Position numbers and translations under genes: made by a program. Below are positions 49,930-62,152 of a stretch of 64,000 bases of DNA, piece by piece. Within the stretch, counting starts at the first letter, position 1. Every line of letters starts with the position of its first letter. The notes beneath the pieces were generated by a model. It was not told where the DNA came from. It saw only the letters and a list, made by a program, of their open reading frames with translations, and searched no databases. The DNA is from Macrostomum hystrix (Eukaryota; Animalia; Platyhelminthes), in assembly GCA_950097015.1 (NCBI GenBank), contig CATNEN010000001.1, positions 26,846,001-26,910,000 of the forward strand, written 5' to 3'.

Positions 49930-50707
49930 TCAAGGCTTCATCCAGACAAACTGAGCTTCGCTGGCAATCTCTGCTGGCACAGCGTAGAACCTGAGCAGTC
50001 GGCAAAGCCGGAGCGATGGCACGAAGGCGCAGGCTAGGCAGTCGTGGCTGCGATGGCATGCAGCCGCGCATTGGATTGAGCTGCTTGCCACAGCGCTTCT
50101 GTGGCTGACGGAGCTGCTTGAGGATGACATTCTCGGCATGGAGGCTGCGGACTGCTTTGTCAAGCTCGAGCCGTCTGTAGAAGATATTTTCCTCGCTGTG
50201 AATTGAGCTCCCTTTATCGGAAAGCTATTTCCTATACAATAGGTTTAGTAAAGTTAGAGGAGCACACACATTTCTAGTGTAGAGAAGTCTCAAATATAAA
50301 AAAAATCGGCCTTCAAAGATTTAGTCACAGATCACAGCACTCACTGCTCCATACAGTAGTTCATAGATGGAGTTTCTCCACTGGCCGCCGCACAGTTGTG
50401 TCGCATTACCTGCGCAGGCCAGGTAGCAGGTGCCAGGGCCCGCTGCTCCAAGGGAGCCATAGGCCGAGCCGCAGCAGCAGTAGAACCCCGCCTGGACGCC
50501 AAAGTATTGAAACCGGCCGTTGGAGCAAATATGGCTGCACATTTCTAGGGTCATTGCGGCACGGTTCGTCACGAATGGTATTTCCGGATCCGTTGAGTAG
50601 TGCCCCAGAGCGGTCACTCCTCGCAGTCCAAGTAGATCTCTGCTGGCACTATCAACGTAGCAGCCAATATAGCGATATCTAAGGGGCTGCTGAGGATCAT
50701 AAGCCAT
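49930..50707 (-). pseudogene. WSC+PAN gene 2, copy B; 1-bp deletion at the end of exon 1 puts exon 2 out of frame
   Basis: GGAGCA|gtgagt versus GGAGCCA|gtgagt in A; spliced frame reads ACG GCT CGA GCT TGA. Confidence 0.7.
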
Positions 50708-51237
50708 GCTTCTACCGATGCATAACTAGAGCTCACATTCGATGTATGTTCCAATTAATTCCACCAGTATAAGGACCGTGTTGACACTTGAGAGTAGAGG
50801 CGAAATCAAACAGTGTAAAAATTACATTGGGCGTATAGACCTTTCCTAATTGTAGTAGGGAAGCGACGAGGATAAACCATCAAGGACTACTATAGTAGTG
50901 ATATACGTTTATAAGTAACTTTAGTAGTCTTTGTCCCCAGACTGATCAGCCAGTCTCCCAGATCCCCAGACCTATAGAAGCACCAAAGCACCGAAGATCT
51001 AAAAGCTTGACCTAGAACGGGTATTTGCTGCGATATTTTTACATGGCATTTATTGAATTGACTAATAGAAGACGAAAAACTTGTTCAAAAATTTCATCTT
51101 AGAATTATCATAGGGATCTTGGTACACTTTTATTAACTCAAATTTAGTCTCATTACAATGAAGCACTGATTTGTTCGTAACGAAACTTCTCAGTTCACAC
51201 ACTGATCACGCCCTGGACCGTTGTAGCCTTCATCGCA

Positions 51238-52985
51238 TTAGCCGATTAGCTGTGGCACAGGCAGTTCACAATTCCCATTTACTTCAATCCTGCCCGACTC
51301 CGCACAGGTGGCATAGCAGCGGCCGTTCACTTTGAAGTTCCGACACGCCACGCACATGTCTGGGCCGGGTCCCCAGCATTCGTCCTGGCACTGAGCATCG
51401 CAGGCAGCGTTCCGGCAAATCTCGCTGCTGTCATCAAAGCTCAGGTTTTCTATTGTAATTTGAAATTCTTTAGTGACTTCCTGGATTTCTCGGATTCGAT
51501 TGCTTGGATACCAGGCTCTGCAAAGATCACTAATACCCAGAAGATTAAGGTCAGGAGTATATTCCAAGCTAGCTAGTCCCAGGTATCTCGTCTTGAACCA
51601 GCGAATGTCAAAGTAATCAGTGACGTATTTGATATTACGTAGGAATCGGAGATTGTCTGGTAAGTAATCAGTTGTCTCAATTATTAGACTTCCGTGAAAG
51701 TACTCTAATTTCTCGAATGCTCTAAGGTTTCCGAAGCTTCTTAAATCACTAGCATCCGCGACTAGATAAGAAAAATCGGCCTTCCAAATCGAACACTGCT
51801 CAGTCCTCAATGAGTATGCTAAATTGACTGACATCAGTAAGGAGTCGACATTGCACGATTTGCAGGGCTTAGAGCTAATTTTCTCAATACACTTTGTGCA
51901 AACTCCTTTGATAGGGACTTCTGCTAATGGACACTCGATTAAACAGCGCCTGCCGTCAGAGCTAACAACAAAGGGCAGTGAGCACTTCTCTACGCAGATG
52001 TTGCCGATCTGTCGCCAAACAGTCACGCCTGTGCCATTTCCACTAGCGGTACTAGTATTCGACGGACAGGATTCTCTACAGACACCATTGAACAATACTC
52101 CTCTCCGACAGGCGAAGCACTCGTTGGGCCGGTTCGAGCAACCTCCAAGGCAGTCGTCGTTGCAGCAGTCTTCTTGACCAGTGTTCGGGTTATGGAAGCA
52201 TAGGTTCGTAGTGTTACCCCCTTGCGCTTACGACACAGATGATTACTTTGGCAGCCATCGACACCGTCGGACCAGCATTTTTGGCCATAAATTGGAGTTT
52301 GAGTACAATTAGCGTGACAGGAAAGCTCACGATTGCAGGTACGCCTAATCCTATCAAAGTTCCATTTTTTGTTTCTAATTCTGCCATCTTTAGTAAAAAT
52401 ATAATCCACTTCATGATCAAAATAGCGCTGGTATGGTTCTTGAAACAGGCTTTTCCAGTTGATGCTGTAGGACAGGTAGCAGTACAAGCTAGACTGCATT
52501 GACCCCAATAGATATACATTACTCTTTGTGATAGCTGTCAACTTGGGCATTTCCAGCTTGCTCATGTTCGGCGACTTCCATATTAAAAATTTGTCCTTTT
52601 TAAATCTATTAACAGGGTAACCTCGGATGGTGCGCAAGTTGCGGAAGGTAACGCGCTCAAGGCTGATGTACTTGATCACCAGTGATCCTCTGATCTCCAC
52701 AATGGAGTCAAGAAAGTCTGTTTGCATGCCTCGAATTGCATCGTCCAGCGGCTTGTACGTTGATGGGTTCATACCTATATTGCCCAACTCCAAGTTGCCG
52801 AAAACATACTGGCAGCCAGCTACATAAGCCGTCAACTCCGCCTGCAAGCGACTAACATTTCTGTGGGTCTCATAGCCCTTGCTGGTTATATGTAAGGATC
52901 TGCAGATCCGGGTGCCAGAAGCCACATCGTCGTGTAACAACGGAAGCAAAAGAAGCAACCGAAAAACAAGCTGCAGGAAATTCAT
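51238..52985 (-). pseudogene. L-domain/furin-like gene copy B, frameshifted near 52211-52221 (or a sequencing error)
   Basis: ORFs 52985-52023 and 52095-51238 together cover the paralogue; 10 nt gtgttacccc replace 8 nt aatttaca of copy A. Confidence 0.75.
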
Positions 52986-53740
52986 TTTCTTAAATCACCT
53001 CTGCAGTGCTTTCTTTCTATTTTGATTCCCAGCTCTGAAGCTTTTCACTTCTTTAAATACCAATTGAATTAAATACGACTCGTCGAAAATAAAATTCTTT
53101 CGCAGGCAATTTTTTCAACAAAAAATAACACCACTTTCCATATTTTGCCCGTTTCTCTGACTCTGCAGAAAAACTTACTTAAAGCATATTTGTGTCGCTT
53201 GCTTTTCAAAAAAGGATATATGAAAATCAATCAATAATCACAAGTCATATGACTTCAGCTTGCTTTTTTGGCTCTCAAATTCCAGGAGTTAACTGTGCTC
53301 AACTCGGCAATTCGCAATGTAAGAAGCGACGAAAGACTAAATTAAAGTCAGGCATTTTTGTTTTAAAAATCAAGAAAATGAAATCCAATGGTTCTATTTA
53401 TAGGTAAGATAAATAGAAGCTAAGATAAGAGATAAGATATATGGATCGTCGGTAACGCGCGCATCCTGGACGCCTTGATCGCTCGGGGACAACTCGACCT
53501 CGACGGTGTACCTGCAGCACAACGTACGAATTGACGAGCTGGTCGAGGCAGGCTATGGCACCACGAGAATCATGCGATTCGACGACGCATTCAGAAGAGA
53601 GCAGCATGCCGGCATGCAGGACTGGGCACGACCGAGTTTCTTGCTAGTGACAAGGCACCTCATCGCTCCACAGCAGATCCAGCAACATGCCCGCATACGC
53701 CCGGAAAAGAATATTCCGGTAGTCCAGGGAGCACCTGTCT

Positions 53741-55252
53741 TGACTTACTTGACTTAGCGGCAGGGAGCCTCCATGACGTACGCAGCGAGGAGGCGGCCGG
53801 TGCCGCCCATATCGCTAACCCCTGGCAGCCGGACGGCCTCCAGCGAGGCGGTGCCGCTCAGGGTGGTCCGTCGGTCAGTTCCGCCGCGTGATCTCCCTCG
53901 CCATAGGCTGGGAAGAAATCAGCTCGGCCGGTATCGCGGAGGAAGTGGGCGAGCTGTGGAATGCTCTCGGGCGAGCAGGCTTCGACTAGGGTCGGCACCG
54001 GCCCGAGATGTTTTAGCCTAGCCCGGGTGAAGGTCGGGCAGTGGCAGATGAAATGCTCGGTGTTTTCACGTCCGGAGCAGCAGAAGGGACACGTTTCCTC
54101 AGGCACGTGGCCTTGGAGGTAGCGGTGTCTGGTGAAGCAGCCATATCCCGAAAGGGCCATAGTGACTGCTCTAAGGTCTCTGCGGTTAAGCCTGAGTAAG
54201 GCCTTACGCAGGTTACTAGAGGGGGTTGGCACCGCAGCCCTGGACTGGCGACAGTTCAGGGTGCTAGACCACCTCCTTCGGTGTTGGGTCTCCATCCAGC
54301 GGTTGATGTTGGAGTTTACCACAGAAATAGGGATCGGGGCCTCCGGGCCCGGGCCCAACAGGGAGCTGGCTGCTCCAGCCTTTGCAAGCTGGTCCGCCAT
54401 CTCATTCCCTGTGAGCCCGGCGTGCCCAGGGATCCACGTCAGCTCCACCTTGTTAGACTGTGCCAATCCGTTTAACTGGGTGTGGCAGTCTAAGGTGGTT
54501 CTGGAACGAGAGGTGCAGCGACTGAGGGCCTTGAGAGCTGCTTGACTGTCGGAGTGAAAGAAAATCCTTCGTCCAGTCAGCTGCCTCTGGCGCAGTTCAG
54601 CCGCACAGAGACTGATGGCGAGCATTTCGTTTTGGAAAACGCTTGAGCTCTTGCCACAGTGTTGGGAGTGGGTCCAGAGGACCTCAACTCCCGAGGCGAC
54701 GGACACTCCGAATCCCGAATTACCGTTCATCAGAGAGCCGTCAGTGTAGCAGTGGACTGCTGGGTCATCCCAGCAGTCCTTAACCTCATTGCGAGGAAGG
54801 ATGCTGACCTTGTACCTGTGGCTCCGGAGTAAAGTGGCCGGGGCCCCATCCGAGAGGATGTTGAGCCCTCCACACTCGCCCAGAGTTTTCAGGCATAGGT
54901 CAGAGTGAGGCAGAAGGGAGCGCTTCGGGAAGGCTCGCAGCTTCTGGAAGGAGACCCCCGCATCTAGAAGACGCCGGGTGGACTTTGCCGCTTCCCCTTG
55001 ATATAAATGTCAATGGGTGTAGCGTAGAGGAAGGCATTCATGCCTTCGAAGGGAGTGGAAGGTGGGGCGCCCAGCGTCATACGACAGGCTCTGCCCTGCA
55101 CCCTATAGAGTGCCTCCAGGTTTTTCTGGATGCCCATGGCACCGGCCCAGATGAGGCCAGCATACGCAACGGACGGTCTGATGATCGCCGTGTAAATCCA
55201 CCAAAGGTTCTTGGGGGTTAGCCCCCAAGTGGTGCCCACGGCACGCCTGACT
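53741..55252 (-). mobile_element. 5'-truncated RNase H-containing non-LTR retrotransposon (I-group, LOA-like)
   Basis: 14-bp TSD gggagcacctgtct (53727-53740, 55253-55266); TWGL..WIYTAIIRP thumb region; RNase H YTDGS...SVFQNE...SDSQAAL...[19 protein letters not shown]; CPFC..E..EH..C finger; taagtcaagtaagtca tail. Confidence 0.92.
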
Positions 55253-55622
55253 GGGAGCACCTGTCTGTCTCAAGTTCAGCACCTGCGCTCTGATCGCGGC
55301 GAGGCGACACACTCGGCAAAAAACAAAATGCGGAGCCGCCAGCCATGGCTCTGGCTATTACGCAACCGCAGGTCTTAACTCCAAGTTTTACTCCAGCTGC
55401 GACATCAGCTACAACCCGAGCGGCTCCCTGGACCCGAATACTTGGATGAAGGAGCTAGACGGCGACACTGATCCCGCCTTTTGAATCAGCGGGGTCAGCA
55501 ATGGCTTCGCGCTCACTTCCGAGATTGATTTTAAGCTTTCAGAAGTTGAGAACTACTCGTCTGCCGTTAAGTACAAGACGTTAGTCGAGGAGCAGCTGCA
55601 GCGTGAGGTGGCTAGTGGTCGG

Positions 55623-58600
55623 TGTTGTGGCTGCTAGCCAAATAAGCGAGGCGAGGCCAAGTCCAGTTAACCAAGGGTGAGGGTGCTCTCTCGCGTAGCG
55701 AGAGCCGTGTATATATATTATTGAACCTCACATGTACAATGATTACATAAGTACACTATGAGCAAATGTGCATTCACAACATCATCCCCCCTCCAAAGAG
55801 GTGACAGGCAACGGGCGGGATGGCATAGTTTGAGACATGCATTTAATCAGTTCGTATCGCATGTGATTGCTCTCTCCACAACAGTCACTTGAGTCACATG
55901 TCGGTTCACACTCAATCGTGGGTCACGACACTGCCGAACCATTGAGGCGGTGCACGATGCCTCTCAGAACGACGCAGCGGTGGCATTGGTGGCGCCGGGC
56001 TTGTCGGCGCACCCGCTGGCTGGGGTGGCAGCTCACCGTCACCGTCATCGTCGCACCAGCCGCGGCGGTTGTCTGGGATGCAGCGGCTGATGTGCCAGCG
56101 ACTGCCATCGGTTAGCGTCAGTGTGTTGCCGTTGCGACCGACGACCGTCATCGGCTCGGAGATGCCGCTGCCGAGTTTGCTTTTCTTCGGTCGGCGTACG
56201 CGGACACGACTGTCGACGGTCAATGCGGCGCTCCGCGGTTGCTGATTCTGCTTGGAAGGTTTCCGGCGACTTTCGGCTCGCTGCTGTTGTTCCTGGACGG
56301 TGCGCCGCAGCGCCTGGCTGGGCGCGGACTCAGGCTCGGCCGGTTGAAGCCGGTCAAGATGCAGGCGAAGCTTCCGCCCTAGCATCATCTCGGCCGGGGT
56401 CTTCTTGGTCAGCGCGTGTTCAGCCGATCGATACGCTAGCAGGAGTTCCTGCACAGCTTGCTTCATGGCCACGCCGTCGGCCAACAGGGCTCGTAGAGAA
56501 GACTTGATGAAGCCGTTGAACCTTTCGACTCCGCCGTTCTGCTGCGGACAAATGGAGTCCGGCGATGCTTGATGCCAAGTGAGCTGAGGAAGTCCGTGAA
56601 CTCGCTCGACACGAATTGTGGTCCGTTGTCAGTTGTGATCTCGTCTGGCAGGCCCCAGCGGACGAACAGGCTGCGAAGGGCCTCGATGCAGGCAGTAGAG
56701 GTTACGGATGAAGACGCGATGATCTCGGGCCACTTGGAGTAGAGGTCGTGGACTACGATGAGGAATCTGTGCGAATTTGGCGCTTCGGTTGCCGGGAGCT
56801 CTCCGACGATGTCGACTTGGAGCTGTCTCCACGGGCCGGCTGGTAGTTCCGTGGTTGACCAGGGCACCTTGATCGGCTTGAACGCCTTCTCCGACAGAAT
56901 GCAGGCACTGCAGTTCCTCACGAATGTCTCCACGTCGCTGTCAATGCGCGGCCACCAGACAGTTTCGCGGCATCGCGCCTTGACCTTCGCCACGCCGAGA
57001 TGTCCTTGATGCGCCTCCGTCAACACCAGGTCGCGGAGTGAGGCTGGGATGACCGCACGGCTGCCTCTCGCCAGACAGCGCCCGTCGTTCCACAGGCAGA
57101 GCTCGTGCTGCACCTGATGGAAACCCTTCAGGTCGCTAGGAGTCTCGGTGGGCCATCCGTTGAGCACGAACTGAACGACTCGCTGCAGTTGGTCATCGCT
57201 AGCTGTGGCCTCGGCGAGCTGAGCAACTGAAATAGGCTCGGAGCTCCTGGCAAGCACTAGGTTGATGTCTGACTCAGTTTGACGTTGATCAATCGATTCT
57301 TGGTCGATCTTTTTACGATCGTAGCCGTAGCGGGACAGAAAGTCAGGTTGGACGTTTAGCTTACCAGGAACATACTCGATGTCAAAATCGTAGACGAAGA
57401 GTCGCTCACACCAGCGTTGAAGCCGAAGAGGCCGCTGGCCGCTTCCGCGTGCTGATAGCAGGGTGGTCAGAGCCTGGTGGTCGGTCAGCAGCTTGAACTT
57501 CCGGCCGTACAGCAGAAGGTGCCAGTGCTCGCAGCTCCAGACGCAGGCCAGGGCCTCCTTCTCCGTCGCGGAGTAACGGCGCTCGGTGTCGGACAGAGCG
57601 CGCGAGGCGAAGGCGACTGGACGAAGTTGTCCACGCTCGTCAATTTGGCCCAGAGTAGCGCCCAGGGCGACGTCGCTGCTGTCACACGAGACGACTGTTT
57701 CGTGGCTCTGATCGAAGAATTTTAGGCACGGCGTGGATGAGATGAGCCGCTTGACCTCACTGAAGGCTGCCTCGCACTTCTTGTCCCAGTTCCAGGGCAC
57801 ATACTTGCGCAGGAGTGCTGTCAGCGGCTCGGCGACATGCGACAGGTTCTTGATGTAGAACTGGAGAAACTTTGCGAAACCGAGGAAGGAAGCAAGCTCG
57901 GACGCGTTCGTCGGTGCCTTGAGTTGCTCTACTGACTCAGCGTGGGACTGAAGCGGCTGGATGCCGGTGGCGCTGATCCGATGTCCGACGAACTGGATCT
58001 CTGGAACCTTGAAAACGCACTTCTTGAGGTTGATGGTGACTCGGTGATGCAGCAGCTTGTCCAGGACTCGGAAAAGGCGTTTGTCATGCTCGGCTTCCGT
58101 TGCCGCGTGCACCGCGATGTCATCTTGATAGTGCATGACGCCGTCGATGCCTTCCAGGATCTTGCCGACGACCTTCTGGAAGGCCGCCGGAGCTGAGCTG
58201 ATTCCGAATGGCATTCGCTTGAATCGGTACAGGCCGGATTCTGTGTGGAAGCAGGTCAGGTTCTTGGCGTCTTCGTGCAGCGGCAGTTGCAGGTACGACT
58301 GGTTGAGATCAATCCGCGAGAACCACTTGGAGTTGGAAAACTCGGTAACTAGGTCGGCGAATGTTGGCAGTGACATCGAGTCTGGGACAATCGCCTTGTT
58401 GACACTGCGCAGATCGACGCAGAGGCGAAGCTTCCCGTCAGACTTCCTGGCGCAAGTGACATTCGATTGCCAATCAGGAACGTCGCCTTCGGCGCGCTCG
58501 ATGATGCCTTCTTCCTTCCAGCGATGGATCTCCGCAGCACACTCTTGGCGCAGAGCGAGCGGCAGCCGGCGCATCCGCTGGGCTACCGGCGGCACGGTCT

Positions 58601-60253
58601 GGTCCACCCTGGGGCGGTGGCAGAAGCCCTTGATCTCGCCGAGACCGGTGCCTAAAGTGTGGTACTTGGCAGGAATCCAATCTGGCATAGGTGGCATACC
58701 TGAAGCCTCGTTACCCGAGCTAATAGTGAAGATTTGATGGCCGGAAGGTCCGAGGACCTTGCAGTCGAGTTTGTCCATCAGGTCGATGCCCATCAGGTCG
58801 TCGCCGTCCATCACAATTGTGAAGGTGAACAACGGAAGCTGAACGCCGTCGAACTCGACCCTGGCATCGATCTCGCCGGCGACGCTGATACTGGAGCCGT
58901 TGTAGGAAAGCAGCTTCTTGTCGCACGGGCGCAGAGGAATTTTAGATCCGAAGATTTTGCGGCTTGTCTCCATGCTGAGGATGGAGACTTTGGCGGCTGT
59001 GTCCACCAGTAACGGGATGCTGTGACCATTGATTCTTATGCTGGCCCTCTTGTATTGGCCTTTGTGGCTCGACCCGACAGCGAAGATACTCTGCTGTCTG
59101 GAGCTGTCTATCTCGACGCCTTGAATCTTCTTTTGGCCTGAGGTCGGTGCCGTCGTGCTGCTCTTGCACACCTTGGCGAAGTGGTTGAGCCTCCCGCACT
59201 TCGTGCACGCCTTGCCTCGTGCCGCACAGCGCGGATCACTGCCTGTGCGGTGGCCTCGCTGGCCGCAGTGCGAGCAGCAGAACTGGTTCTGCTGACCCGT
59301 CTGGCGCTGCTTGGCGTCGTAGGAAGCTCTCTTAAAGTTGATCTTCTTGATGCTGTCGTCGGCTGCTGTCTTGCCAGTCAGCGACTTCTCACTGTGGACC
59401 GCCATTTCCACCTGGGCTGCAATTTGGATTGCCCCGCCCAGCGTGAGCTCCTTCTCAAGTAGGAGTCTTTCGCGCACCTTTGAGGACGAGGTGCCAAAGA
59501 TCAGCTGGTCCAGGATGAGGTCGTCATGGAGGACTCCAAACTGGCAGTCCTTGGCGGCATGGCGCAGATTTGCCACAAAGGCTTGCACGCCTTCGGCGCT
59601 TCGCTGGACGCACTTCCGGAATTCGTGCCTCTTGGCATACACGCTCACTGCTGGCTGGAAGTGCTGCTTCAGGAGATCGCATGCCGCTGCTAGTGTTGTC
59701 GGAGCCGTTTCCTGGTCAGCCGAGAGAGTCCGGTAGATTCGTACTCCTTCGCGCCCAAGGCAGTGGGTGAGCAGCGCAATCTTCCTGGCTTCTTGCAGGC
59801 TATCGATTCCGGATGCTAGCAGGTAGGTGTCAAACTCAGCGGCCCAGATTTCCCACGAAACTGCAGGTGTTCCTGGGTTGTCCAGAAATGGTGGAGGTTC
59901 TCTGAGGTTCAGGCGTAGTGCTGGCGCTGTGGCATTCTCAGTGCTACCCATTTCCGATTGGCTCAACTGGCTGACTTGCAGTTGTGAGTGCCGTATGAGT
60001 GCGAAAGTCGCTTAGTGGGCCTGGCTGCCGTGAGTTGATTGGCTGGACTGCGCTGGTTTGGGGGGTTTGCTCTAACCCCTGCTTGCGATGCCAGTGTTGT
60101 GGCTGCTAGCCAAATAAGCGAGGCGAGGCCAAGTCCAGTTAACCAAGGGTGAGGGTGCTCTCTCGCGTAGCGAGAGCCGTGTATATATATTATTGAACCT
60201 CACATGTACAATGATTACATAAGTACACTATGAGCAAATGTGCATTCACAACA
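55623..60253 (-). mobile_element. Full-length Ty3/Gypsy (Mag-like) LTR retrotransposon, 4631 bp
   Basis: 159-bp TG..CA LTRs at 55623-55781 and 60095-60253 (identical by eye); 5-bp TSD gtcgg; PBS TGGCATCGCAAGCAGGG; PPT ggaggggggatga; PR-RT-RH-IN order. Confidence 0.96.
55912..59951 (-). CDS. Gag-Pol polyprotein of the Gypsy element, frameshifted in the integrase core near 56548
   Basis: Two CCHC knuckles, protease VDTAA, RT LRLCVDLR/MPFG/YQDD, RNase H CDSS/EKE/TDH, integrase HQGH..C..C, TDNGPQF; QQNGGVERFN continues in another frame up to LRRSERHRAPP. Confidence 0.9.
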
Positions 60254-60690
60254 GTCGGTATGTGAAAGTCCTTCAGCGCCCATGGAAAGTTTCTGCGCTC
60301 GGTGCCATCCCGAAAGAAGCCGGTGGAGTCGGCATCATCCACGATTGCAGTTGCTCCGAGGGCTGCGCAATCAACGGTCATTTTGCCGCCGACCACAAGA
60401 TCAAGTTTGTGACGGTGAGCGGATTTTGCGCGCGGCTCAAGACCGGTGACTTAACAGCCAAGATCGAACTCAAGAGGCGTATCGTTTGGTGGGTGTCCAC
60501 CGTCCTCTAACGATGCCTCTAACAGATTGAGAGCTGTGTCTAACAAATTGAGAGCTGTGTCTAACAGATTTGGTCTAGGTGATTCAAACTTGCACAGGTT
60601 TGAAGTGTATAAGTGTAGTAAAGTGTAGTAAAATTAACTATACAAGTTTCTCAAAGTTTATACTTGTAAATAACCAAGAGGTATTTTTAG

Positions 60691-60862
60691 AAAGGCTTAT
60701 TTTAATTGAAGAAATGACCGCCGCTTAAAATGCTAATGCTGCTGATCCGCAGGAATTCCAGCAGGTCCGCGTAGAAGACGACGATTGCGATGATGACGAG
60801 TCCGCAGTGCGTCCTGAAGCAGCCGAGCCGCGGAAGAGAGCGGCGAGCGTCAACGCCTGCGA
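60691..60862 (+). repeat. Direct partial duplicate of 62131-62285
   Basis: aaaggcttattttaattgaagaaatgac...gcggcgagcgt(c/t)(a/g)acgcctgcg in both. Confidence 0.85.
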
Positions 60863-61744
60863 TTGCACCATGGCGTGCAATATGACTCTGTGCGCAGACA
60901 GAGCTGAAACAAGAGAGAGAAAGAGGAGGGGTGGCGAGCAGAGATGAGTGTGCACGGGAAACCGCAGCCCTACCTACTCCCAAGCCCTCCCACAGAACTA
61001 GGGCTGCACTGACTCCACAGATTGCCTGGAGGCTGCTCAGCAGACTACAGCACATCAACAGGAACTTACGCTTTTCACTGTTGATGATAGAAGATTTGAA
61101 GAAAAAGAAGCAGTAACAAAACTGATGCTAAAAGTTGACCTACATTCCGCAAATTTATAAAAGTACTTTACTTCGAAACTAGATGACAAGAAAGCGGATC
61201 AATGATCGAAGTCGAGACAAGGTTTGACAATAAAAAGGCTGCAGTTTTATGGATAGAAAAGAGGAGGAGAGGTCTCGCTAGCGTTGAGCATCATAAAAGC
61301 CCAATCATTGAAATCTGCTGTGTACTTTTTCTTATTCAAAACAAATCACCTAAAGACAAATATATAAACGCACATACGGGTGCTAAGAGCAGTGAGGCAA
61401 TCCTATTCACTTGGCGGTATCGGGCCCTCTGTTCTGCTAGCACACTCGTGGGCGAGAAAAGCAGTGACGCAATCCCATTCAATTGAGAGAATCGGCTACT
61501 AACGCCCGCACGGGTGAGCAATAGCACCGATGCAATCAAATAAACTGGGCAGTTTCAGGCCCTATTTTAAAGATGAAAAAATTACCTTAAAATTATAGCA
61601 GAAAATGACTGCCTTTTCGAATATTATTTGTCTTTAGAATGAAGCGAATGCTTAGAAAATTAACGTGTACCATATCGTTAAGAAGGCGCATCTTTTAGTG
61701 ATGGAATCGCGAAAATCGGACTATATGATTGCCTGTCTTCGACT

Positions 61745-62118
61745 GGCGGCCGGCTGCGCTGCCTGGGCTGCTGCTGATGCTGCTGCTGGTGCTGCTGCTG
61801 GTCCCGCACTGACAGTGCTTGTCGGTGGAGACGGCGATCTGGGCAGGGTCAGGTCCAGCGCCACGGTCTCAGATGGCAGATCTGGCGAGCAGCCGCTGCT
61901 GGATTTGAGAGAATCGCGGGTTTCAGAGCTCAGAGGCGGTGCGAGAAACAGAAGCCACTGATTAGAGAGATTGTATTTGCACAGATACTCACCCGCTAAC
62001 ACCCGAGCCAGCTTCCTGCTGCTCCATCATCGGTTGCTCCTTCAGCTACTGCTTCTGCCGCCTTCGCTGCCGCAGCTGCAGCCGCTGCGGAGCCTCAGTC
62101 GAGTACTGCGCTGGGCTG
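61745..62118 (-). pseudogene. Inverted partial duplicate of the zinc-finger gene segment 62561-62920, intron included
   Basis: ORFs 61721-62002(-) and 62645-63118(+) share MLAGEYLCKYNLSNQWLLFLAPP...CSPDLPSET. Confidence 0.85.
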
Positions 62119-62152
62119 AGCTATCTATCAAAGGCTTATTTTAATTGAAGAA

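Larger units (their letters stand above)
47137..55356. repeat. Segmental duplication, copy B (with expanded minisatellite and LINE insertion)
   Basis: Collinear with 38334-43806. Confidence 0.92.
53443..60510 (+). mobile_element. Degenerate DIRS/Ngaro-like retroelement split by the LINE and Gypsy insertions (pieces 53443-53740, 55253-55622, 60254-60510)
   Basis: Rejoined frame NYSSAVKYKTLVEEQLQREVASGR|YVKVLQRPWKVSALGAIPKE...IIHDCS...AKIELK resembles the RT N-terminus of tyrosine-recombinase retroelements. Confidence 0.65.

Noticed and set aside
54132-59770. Plus-strand ORFs over the LINE and Gypsy elements
   Set aside because: Antisense shadows of GC-rich coding sequence
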